Positions 42,201-52,500 of a stretch of DNA of 64,000 nucleotides are shown here, piece after piece. The position numbers were made by a program, and so were the translations under genes. The notes under the pieces were generated by a model. The model was not told the origin of the DNA and ran no database searches. It saw nothing but the letters and a program-made list of their open reading frames with translations. Source of the DNA: Hydrolagus affinis (lineage: Eukaryota); NCBI GenBank assembly GCA_012026655.1, contig JAAILG010000533.1, forward strand, positions 1-64,000, in the 5' to 3' direction. The number at the start of each line of letters is the position of its first letter. Position 1 is the first letter of the stretch.

Positions 42201-45200
42201 CTGGAGTGTTATAGCAATGTGCTTTAAAATTAGTTTGTGTGATTCATTTAATGACCATAACAAATTAGTGAACCATATATCTTACAAAACCTTTCCCCCC
42301 ACCCCCCTATTTCTACATAGATGGAGAGGTATTATTCCTGTTGGAAAACGTCTGTCGGGAACTAGATTTGTTGCTTTTAAAGTGCCTTTGAAAGGGGTAA
42401 GTATCCTTTGATCCTTTATATTTAAAATGTTATAAAATTTAACTGTTAAAGGTAAACTGACATCTTCCACTCTTTTCTCACCCTTCTCCAGAAAGTCAAT
42501 TTTTCCCCTAGTCAAGTCAACTCAAAAGTCAACTCAACCATCATTAGTCTAGTGTATTGCCTGGTGTAAAATATGTTATATCATTTCATAATCTGGGTAG
42601 GCCTGCAGCAGAAAAAATCTTTTCCATTCCATAAACTGTGCTGGATATTGTTCCATAGCATGTTCTCTAGTGACTTTGCACAAATAGCTATTTGACAGAG
42701 ATAAATATGTTAATCATATAATACTTTGTTCCATTCTTTATTTTACAGGCAATAAGCCAAAGGCTCACAGCAAAGCAGAAGTTTTCTCCAAAAGATCTTA
42801 TAGCTAAGATCAAAGAACAGAGTGAGGAGCTTGGATTAATTGTTGATTTGACGTATACAACTCGCTACTACACAGAAAAAGTAATATAGATAGAGTTTAC
42901 CTTAAGCACAATTGATGATTATTACATTGACTTTTAAGTTGATATGGCTTCTAAAAATATTTTGTGTATTTAGGATTTGCCTAAAAGTGTACAGTATAAA
43001 AAACTTTATACTGTGGGGCATGAAGTTCCAGATGATGCTACCATTCTTCAATTTAAACGAATGGTCAGAAAATTCTTGTGGGAAAATGCAGATAATGGTA
43101 ATTATTCATTTTTATTAATTGAATAATCTGTAGTTTGTTATGTCTATAGGTATCAGTGCAGGTAAGCAGCATTTTTGTGTGGGAGGGTGGAGAACAGTGG
43201 AAGGACAATCCACTTTTTATCATGGCTGGTGCATTTTGCATAAATTCTGAAGTTTCATATGCAATTCTCTTGTAATAGTGAGAGTTGCTGCCTTTCATGA
43301 AAAATATTTGGATATTCACTTCTCATCTGTTTTACACTATAAAGTACATCAGTAATATAATGCCCTAAACAAAGATTTCAGGACACTTCACAGCAACAGT
43401 GTCAGTGTCAGATGCCAAGCAAGGTGGGGGTAAGCGAGGGTAGAAGTGGTTGAAGAGAGATTTATAGGTGGGGTTTAAGGCAAAGTACCATTGCAAGGGG
43501 TAGAGAAAAGGGGTACCAAAGGGTTTAGTTGCTGAAGGTTCAGCTTCAAATACAGTAAAACCTTATTTATCTGGTACCCAACCTACCGGCATACTCTACC
43601 AACCGGTATCTCCCAATTGTATTGACACTCGTAGTATGCTCACTTTGCGCATGTGTGGCGCATGCGCAGTTATTAAACTTGCCGAACGCTGGAATGCTTT
43701 TTTACCGATCATTTTACCGAGTGTGCTGGAATGCTTTATTGGTAAGTATCCATACAATATTCTGTTATTATTTAGTCTATTATTAATATGGTATGTTTTA
43801 AAATAAGTTAATTTTTTTGTAGGATTTTTGGCAACTTGTCACTTGACTATGCGGCATATTTAATTAACCGGCACCGGGGCAGGTCGAGGGTGCCGGATAA
43901 CAAAGGTTTGACTGCATAGCGATTTATTGAATGGTGACTGCATTGGCACTTGCAATTACTTTTTTCTGAAGAATATGTTGTAAATATTTTGTTGAAAAAT
44001 ATTTAGGAATTTTGCTGAAATTCATTTGTCAAATGTGGTCAAATATTTAATATTTTAAAAATCTGTATTCTTGTATACAGGGTTATTTTTCCAGTTGGAA
44101 ATTTTAAGATTTCAAAAGAAATCTGTATTTTAACATATTATTTGGAATTTATTTTTAGATGTTATTATTGGAGTTCATTGTACCAATGGAGTTAATAGAA
44201 CTGGATACCTTATCTGCAGGTAAATATTGGCGATTTTAAAAGTTTTCAAATGTTCAGTTGGGGTTAATGCAGTCAATCTTTCACACGTTGATTTACAAAT
44301 TGAAAAAGTGTCAGATTTTAATAAAATTAGAGAGCTAATAAAGGAGGTATTAACATTGAGAAATAGTTTATGATATATCTTTGAAATCCTACATAATTGT
44401 AACTTAATATAAATGTCTTTTGCAAACCAAAAAGTCATTACCTGTCAATGTTATTTTGGATTGAACTAATCCTTTTTATATTCCCAAATCAAGGTACCTA
44501 ATTGATGTAGAAGGAATGGAACCAGAAGCTACCGTTGAGCGTACGTACTTTGTATGTTCAGCCCTAAAGACATTTATTTTCTATCAAAAAAGTTAAACAC
44601 ACAAGTGACACATCCTCGTCCTATTTATTTTAAGTTTTCAACATAGCTCGTGGCCACAAAATGGATAGAGCTGTATATCTGACTGATATTCGAAGAGGAC
44701 CAATGAGAAGGTGATTTTGCAGATTTTCTAAATTATTTGATTTTATTATACATTGTTCTGAAACATTGTACAGGTGGACATTGAAAATTGTATGGAACTA
44801 TCCAAAAACAGAAGCCAGTTTTCCTGGTGTCTTGGCCAATAATCCCCTGTTAAATTTGTCATTTACTTTGTGGCTATTGTTAGCTGTGTGCTTATGGTTG
44901 TCACATAAGCCTATGAAATACAAACTCACTGCACTTTGCAGTATGAAGTGTTTTCAGATGTCTTCCCTATATAATGAAGGCAAGGATAAAATCTATTGCA
45001 ATCTAGTGAAAAATGCACTTGGTCAATTTTAGTTGTTTTATGATTAGTAACTCAAGTGGAACATAGTGGTTTTGTATAGAAAATATAGAATATTAAATAC
45101 TGTACTGTAATAAGATATGGATTTCTTTAATTTAATTTTTACATTTTCTTTAATTGAAATCTGTTTATTTTTGTGGCTACTCACCATCATCCTATTTACA

Positions 45201-48200
45201 GCTAAAAGAATTGGGATGACCTAGTTTGTGGTTTTCTATTCCTCTATCTTTCTTGCTGTGTTATTGAGTGGGAACGATTTAATCTAGATTAAAACCAAAT
45301 GGGAATGTGCTACAATTTGTTTTGCTTTACTCACTGCTATTTGCTGGCTTATGGTTGTCTTCATCACAAGCCTACTTTACCACAGAGTCCTTGGAACATT
45401 TTGAGTCTGTATCCTCTTTATCTTGAGCATGTGTCCTCTTATCTTTCCTTCACAAATATTTCATCAAAATATTTTGCGAATTTTTTACTTGTTCAAAAAT
45501 AAAACAAATTTCAGTAAATTCCATGCAAGAATTATGGGCGGTTAAGTTTAGAATTGACACTAACCTGTACTTTCTTACCTTTGATTATTCTTTTGCAGTA
45601 ATTTAGGAATGGACGTATTTGAACGAGAACCATCACCAATGGATCCATTTTCGCCATATTCATATTCACGTGGTCCAAGACCTCTACTCGATGATTATCC
45701 AGGGTAAAGAACCAAATCTCCTTTTTTATATATAGTGTAGAGAAAATCATATGAAGTACTGTACTTCAAAATTGTATTTTGGTAACTGGTTAATTTTAAG
45801 CTATATTTACAGGAGAACATGTGGGGGAGGAGGAGGATGGAAATACTTAAGCCTTTGGACAGCAGTCCTGTTGTGAATGTCTGGTCTGCTGCTAGTGAAC
45901 AGACATTTTATGAACATATGTAGATAATTGAGGAAGGAATTGGTTATTTATAGTAACTATGAAGTTGTAAATCTAGATTTGGAGACTCAATTTCGCATCA
46001 TAACCATTACTTTCTTTACTGTTCCTAACCAGTATGGATTTATGTCATGTTTCCCATTTAGCTCTGAGATGTGGCTGGTAAGTGGTAAGAAGGCTTCTGC
46101 CCACACTAATATTATCCTTTAATTGTCTAATACAGTATTTGCAAACAAGCCTTACTCAAAAAATCATACTGAACTTTTGTAATCTGCAAAATGTGGCTTT
46201 TCAATTGACTAGTTTGTGGTTTATTTTTCTCTTTAAATTTATAGTTTGTGTACAGAAAATAATAAAACAAATGATTATTGCTTTTCCTTTCTCCTGAATT
46301 CAGGCCTGGTTCAAGACATGGGCCATCTCATGGACGCCTACCTCTTCCTTCTCGAGACTTTGATGCACCCCCTTATAACAGGTGGCATGACAGGTAATTT
46401 CCATTTAAGGCTTTACGGTTTTATTTCAATTGTTGCTTTTGTATATTTTAAGATTGCATATTAATGCTAAGTCTAATATAAATAAGTATTATTCAAATGT
46501 GAGAATATCAACCCTGTGAAATTAAAACACTTAAAATACAATATCCAGTATTAGCTTTCCCCATTTCTCTCTTTCACTCTTCCTGTCTTTTATTTTAGTT
46601 TTTTTTTCTGTTTTCTTTGTTTTTTTTCTTAACAGCTAACCTTAAAATACTTTAATACAGTGGGTTGTTTTTTCTCTCTCTCCCTGTCCGTTTTAGGGGA
46701 GGAGACAAATTCCAGCAAGGCTTCCATTAGCTGAAAAACAGCTCGAAAAGCCAGTTTTCAGCCAATGGTAAGTCCGAGCATTGAAGATTGTAAAAGCAAA
46801 GCAGGTCAATTTTGCAATGTATAGCAAACTTTAAAACTACATTAATTTTTAACAGATATATTTAATAAATTCCAGCTACATCTTAGATTGTATTTCCCAG
46901 GGTCTGAAGGAAATTTGATTGGTAGGATGCTTTCTGATTGTGATGCTTGTTTTTCAGTGTTATTATGGTTGCACATTATACATTATTAATGTCTTTATAG
47001 TGTCATGTTTTGCCCTCCTCCACCCACTCCTGTGTCTCCCGAATCAAAATGACAACATGGCCCAGCTCTTGAACAGCATTGCAAATAATAATTGCTATTT
47101 TTGGTTGACCTTTGAAGAAACACACTTAATTGCAACATTCTTCTGTAAGAAAACAAATGAATGTTTCTTTTTGGGGGCGTGGAGTGCAGGCAGAGATTAA
47201 TGTGAATGTTATTGAAATTAGAATGAATGTTTGCTTGATTGACCAGTGTGTATATTAGGAAAAACTGAACTGCTATTATTTTTTTTCTGAATGTTGTGCA
47301 TATAAAAAAAATGATTTAAGCATTTGCCGAAGGATTCCACTCTGGATCAAGTACAATTAATCCACAGTTAAAAGATTTTTTAAATGAAATTTATTTCTGA
47401 AATTTGTTCTCGATAATTTAATTTCTAGACCAAGACTTCTTCCTCCACCACTTCCACCTCCTCCTCCTTCATTTCTTTATGGTGAACGCAGACTGCTTCC
47501 CCACTTTGATGACTATCCTCCAGAGGAATATAATGAACATTCAAGGTACTTGAGCATTAAAAATGTGAATGAGTCAAACTGGATATTGGTTTTGACACGA
47601 AAAGAGATGCAGAAAAACCTATATATGCAGTAAAAGCCCATTTATCTGGCACCCTCGGGACCTGGCCAATGCCGGTTAACTGGCATGCCAGATATTCAGG
47701 GATCTGACACCGAAAAACCAACACAAATTTTTTAAACTTATTTTAACACATACCATATTAATAATAGACTAAATAATGACAAATAATAACAGACCTTTGT
47801 TATTCACCTAAAAATCACCTTTGCTGGTAGATGCCTGGTTTGAAGCCATAATACTGGGGTAGAAGTGTGCAGTCTTATCTTCTACAATGGCCGACGTGAG
47901 GGAAAAAAATGTCAGCGCGACTTGAAGGCTCTACTAGCGGCAAGCCGAAATACCGATGCGAGGGGGAAAAAATGCGCCACCGCGATTATGCCAGATAAGA
48001 TCCGGTTATTCGAATGGGGACCTTTTTGTTTGAGGTGCCGGTTATACAGAAGTTACGGTTGATCGGGTCACAGATAAATGGGCTTTTACTGTAACACAGT
48101 TGCATTTGAGTGATTTGGTTCTTTTCTGATCCCCCCCACCCCCCACTTGCCCCCAGGTCCAACCATTTCAACGAGCACAGAGCGATACGTAACTCAGAAG

Positions 48201-48463
48201 AAAGTCCACGTATGCACGCTAGATATGCACCATACTCCAACAGACCACCGGCATCTCAAGATCGTTTCAGGGCCGATTTTGAGAGGAAATCGTATTCCAT
48301 TTCAGGCAGAAGAGAATTAGAACCACAGCGGACTGCAAGTTTCCCGGCTTTTACACGTGATTATAATCATGGTCATCCAATTGACCATGGTCCCAGCCCA
48401 CGTGAAGTAGATAGCAGTTGCTATCATAATTTTGATAGATTTCATGAGTATGAATGGAACTAA
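27020..48463 (+). CDS. DUSP11: DUSP11/PIR1-like RNA 5'-phosphatase (RNA/RNP complex-1-interacting phosphatase-like), 387 aa, probable DUSP11 paralog
   Basis: Exons 27020-27048, 42321-42396, 42749-42880, 42974-43097, 44159-44219, 44494-44540, 44635-44710, 45599-45703, 46304-46393, 47429-47545, 48157-48463 (1164 nt, GT-AG, phases consistent). Protein: MVKKNTVPDGWRGIIPVGKRLSGTRFVAFKVPLKG..ELGLIVDLTYTTRYY..VGHEVPDDATI..GVHCTNGVNRTGYLICRYLIDVEG..ARGH..EYEWN*. The symbol denotes the family; orthology to human DUSP11 is doubtful. Confidence 0.88.
30150..30820 (-). mobile_element. Penelope-like retroelement fragment (degenerate GIY-YIG endonuclease and 3' end)
   Basis: Minus strand near 30820-30695 reads FQVRQRFKCPTTNAVYCIQCTRCL*IGETKCRLGN*FAEHL, a VY..YIGET..RF.EH GIY-YIG pattern. 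The terminal CTGAGTGTTCCCAG..TTTCTGTTTTT motif is shared with 54390-54590 and resembles 60420-60550. Confidence 0.75.
33076..33350 (+). mobile_element. tRNA-derived SINE, full length
   Basis: GGAGCTCAGTAGTTAGTGCACTCGCCTTG..GGGTTCAATTCCAGGCAGGGCGAAACC.. plus family tail. Confidence 0.85.
34208..34421. mobile_element. Tigger-like MITE
   Basis: Terminal inverted repeats TAGTAAAAGCCCGTTTATCCGG / CCGGATAAATGGGCTTTTACTG, flanked by TA. Confidence 0.85.
34630..35408 (+). mobile_element. L2 LINE 3' portion
   Basis: Degenerate ORF2 C-terminus (AEILIHTFITSGLDYPNALL) followed by the family 3' tail. Confidence 0.85.
37580..37909 (-). mobile_element. tRNA-derived SINE, diverged
   Basis: Reverse complement of the family head, core and tail. 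Confidence 0.7.
43553..43914. mobile_element. Tigger-like MITE
   Basis: TIRs CAGTAAAACCTTATTTATCTGG / CCGGATAACAAAGGTTTGACTG; internal sequence shared in reverse orientation with 47628-48091. Confidence 0.8.
47628..48091. mobile_element. Tigger-like MITE
   Basis: TIRs CAGTAAAAGCCCATTTATCTG / CAGATAAATGGGCTTTTACTG followed by TA. Confidence 0.85.
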
Positions 48464-49501
48464 ATCACTAACTTTAATGTACTGTATATTCAACTTTTTT
48501 ATTTTGAGTATGGTAAAGACTTCTCATATATTTCATTACAGTTCTAGGCTTTTACCATGCAGCTTGTTTTTCCAAAAATGAATATTGAAGGACCAGAATT
48601 CCTCTAAAATGCCTTTTACTTGTTACATGGACATAGAACTGTGTAGATGTAAAGATGTGTTGGTTTTATTAGTATGATGTAAGATGAAAGCAGAAATGTA
48701 CACTAATTTTTTTGTAAATTCAGTATGAATATAAACTCATTGTCTGTTTCCGGTTTGTTTCTTGACTATCCAAGCACAACTGATTGTAGACTTTTTAAAA
48801 AAAAAAAAATCATCAGACTTTAAGTGTATCTAATATTGTACATTGCTTATGTGGCAGGAATTCACTGTCTATTGCAAATGATCAGTCAACTTTAATGTTA
48901 TGTTGTACATAAACAGAAAGGCAATATACAGTACTCTGTGAAAGGTTACTGCTGTAATGCTGTACAATTCGTACTACCGATCAAGTTGATTTTCATCATT
49001 ATAATATTCTAAATTGACCAAATCAATGAGCTAGCCCTGCTGAATTTCATAGAGACTCACTAATCAAGTCATATTACAATAAATTCCTTAAAATAAATCA
49101 GACTGTGCAATTTTTTTTTCTTTCCCCTCCCCAGAGTCTGGTTGACTTTGGTTAGATGGGCTGTGATATCACACAGGAAATGAAGCTTCAGCAACAAGCT
49201 TCCACTTTGCACCTATAATGGAAAGCATCAAAAGAATCTCAAATGTATTTGAATTCTGGTAAAATAAATCAATAAATTGTTGAAGCATACTGCTTGTGTG
49301 CATGCTGGTGCATACTATGTTAATCTAGAAAGGGTGGAATACAGAAAGATAGAAATTATTCTGTAATACCATTTTATAAAATTTATGATTACTCAATTGT
49401 GGAAAATTCTCAAATTCTGTCTTAATTTGGAAGCAGATTCTTTTTAAAAATTGCAGAAAACTTTTAGGTAAAATTAATGAAGAAATCACGTCTGACAAGC
49501 C

Positions 49502-52500
49502 CTAGAATTTTTCAAGAAAGGCACACATAGGGTCCTCTGGTCTCTGACGCTTTATCTTGTAGGTTTCAATTTCTGCTTCCATTGATTGCTTGCCATCATG
49601 CATGCAATTGTAAGGCCGTTTTCTCTCATCTAGTTTCATTAGCTCATCCACTTTCTTTAACTGTTTTCCCTCTGCGGAAAGAGCCTACAAATAAATTGAA
49701 TGGAAAACACATTTTAAGAACAATTATTTAGTTTACTTTTTTTATTACAATTTTTTTTAATCTTCAAATGCTAAAGCAACATACATAGTCATTCCACTTT
49801 CATTCCACATTCTGTAAAGTGCATAAACATTTACTGAAGGGAATATGGGGAATGTAAAACTATGATTTGAAAAATTAGTACACTGTTCAAAGAGGGACTA
49901 ACTTCCAGTGAACATTCAGTTGTTGAATGTTGTTTGACCACACATGGAAAACCTTCTTGAAAAGTCATCAGGTCCATTATCTCCTGCAAAAAAACACAAT
50001 TTACCATTAAGTAAGCTGGCTTGATTTTAAATATAATATGCAATTTCTATGTACATTTTCATACCTGTGCTTTTCTACCACTTTCACCGGAACAGTATGA
50101 ATGCTTGAGAAAGGAATGGCAGCACTTGTTTCCCCAATTTCCATTTTTCCAATATGAACCCCATACAGTCTAAACAGGAATAACAGCATATTTGGTTAAC
50201 AAAACATGCCACAAAACATGTGATTATGTAAAGGAGCAGAAGTGAATATTAACAAAATATGTTGAGCTTTAGGGGATTGACCGTGAACTGGGGAATTCTC
50301 ACATTGATAGCGAGTTACAAAACAGGATGTAGTAAACTAACCACACATAGGTCTGTAACATTTGTTACAAAACTATCGTTTAAATCTTTGCATGATTGCT
50401 TTAACTAATTCATATCTTTACAAGATTAGACTATCATATGTCTACAACATTAGACCCTCTTGGCAGAGTTGGCTTAGCTTCAGGAAGCAGAAACATCAAA
50501 CATAATCTAAATCAATGTTCTGTTTTACTATTATTAATCCTACAATACAATTGTGAAATACATCGGCACAAAAAATCTTGCCTACTGTATGATTGTTAAT
50601 GTACACATCCTCTTCATATTTTGACTTAGCAGTAGCCTTCAAATGCCTTTGAATGAGCAATCCATGCTTGGAGTATTCTGTGTACTCCTCGGTCTGACCC
50701 AACAACAGCATTCTTGAGGGTGGTTCCAAATAATCCTGCACTCCATACTAAAACAAAACACCATTTCATCAAAAACACTTGTCTTTTTTTCCTGGAATAA
50801 ACTTCTTTTTAAATGCAATATTTCAATAGTGTTATTACCTCAAACCCCTCAACAGCTTTGGGACATCCTCCCAATGTAAAATACACAATATAAATGCAAT
50901 TTATTGTTATTGCTAAAAATGTAATAGAGTAAGAATTAAACTGCACACCGACTTGCCTTTTCAATAATGCTTTCCCGTTGACCCTTTTTAAACTCTTCAT
51001 CTTTTATTACGAATGATTTATGCAACATCTCAAGTTTGGTGGGATCTGACTGGAGATGCACATCCACTCCATGCTCGTAGGCTTCCCAGGCAAACACTTA
51101 AAGAGAATCAAAAGTGTGGATTCAGGTATAAATTACATATGGTACGCAAGAACGAATGAGATTCACTTAAGTTTCATACATACATACATTGTGACTGAGT
51201 CATCATGGAGACGTCACCCATTAATCGCAAAACATTTTCAGCAATGTATCCATTTCTAAGAAAATACAAATTCATGTCAACATACTTTGCAAAATCATAA
51301 TGTACCCATACACTGTCCAAGGTTATGAACTGCAGTGTTACTGACGCAGAAGTTGATTAATGGTACGTATTAGCTGTTCTCAGAGAATGCAGTACTGTGG
51401 TAGGTTTGCTTCCATTTGCCTCACTGTCACTGATGCTACAATGTGACAGTGACAAATGTTTTAGCCTAAAAATAGAGCCATAGATTCTGCTCTTGATTGC
51501 TTATGTAGTGCTTAGTGATTGAGGTGATTGCTTATCCAGTGCCTTGGGACGTCCTCCCGACATGAAGGGTGCTCTATAAATGTAATTTTGTTGTTGTTGT
51601 AGTGGCCCTACCCCCACCCCCCGATTGTAAGATGCACATGAATAGTGACATCAACAAGGTGTGATTTTAATGGCGGAAATCCTGTTAGAAGCTGACATTG
51701 CCAAATCATATTGTTTTTAATGAGGATTTTTTTTGGTCAGGCCTCCTGCTTCTGATTGCTGCTCATTGTTATTGTGCCATTCAATATCAAGTACTTTCAG
51801 GCCAGTTATCACCAATACTAAGAGTCAAAATGTTTCATTGTCTTGCAATGACCACCCTTATATTTTAAATAATAAGACACTTTTTTTCAAGAGAAGGCTA
51901 TCCACATATGAATAAGACATCTAATTTTAGGTCTACCTGTTTGAAGAACCAAAATATATTTTTTTACATTCAAACATTCTATCGAAACCATCCATAAGAA
52001 ACATGAAAACAAAATCCTAAAAACACACTCATTGGGTTTCTTTCCCGAATATGGGTTCTCTCTCATTGATCTGGAGTAGGGGTCGTAATAAGCAGAGTTC
52101 AAATCCAGGTTCTTCAGGTACTGCGATTAAAAAGGCAAAATTAGTGATTAGCATTATTATGGGAGACCGCTGTGCTCAATTGGTTGCTGCATTTCTCCCA
52201 CAGTCAATTAACTTTACAATGTATTCTGTGAAGCACTTTGAGATATCTCGAAGACCTAATAAGGCTCTAAATCAAATACAAGAATTATTATTATCAATAA
52301 TTGGAGAATTTTAAAAAGAATTTCTAACTTGAAATAAATCTACCAACCTTAGCTGTATCTTCACGGATTCTGAGATTTCGAACAGTAATTCTCATTTTGG
52401 AATCTACTTTTTGCCCAGGCATATCAAACTCATCTGCATATTTGTCTTCATCCTTATCCTTGGCATCTGCATCCTGAAGGCGCAATACAAATACAGTGAT

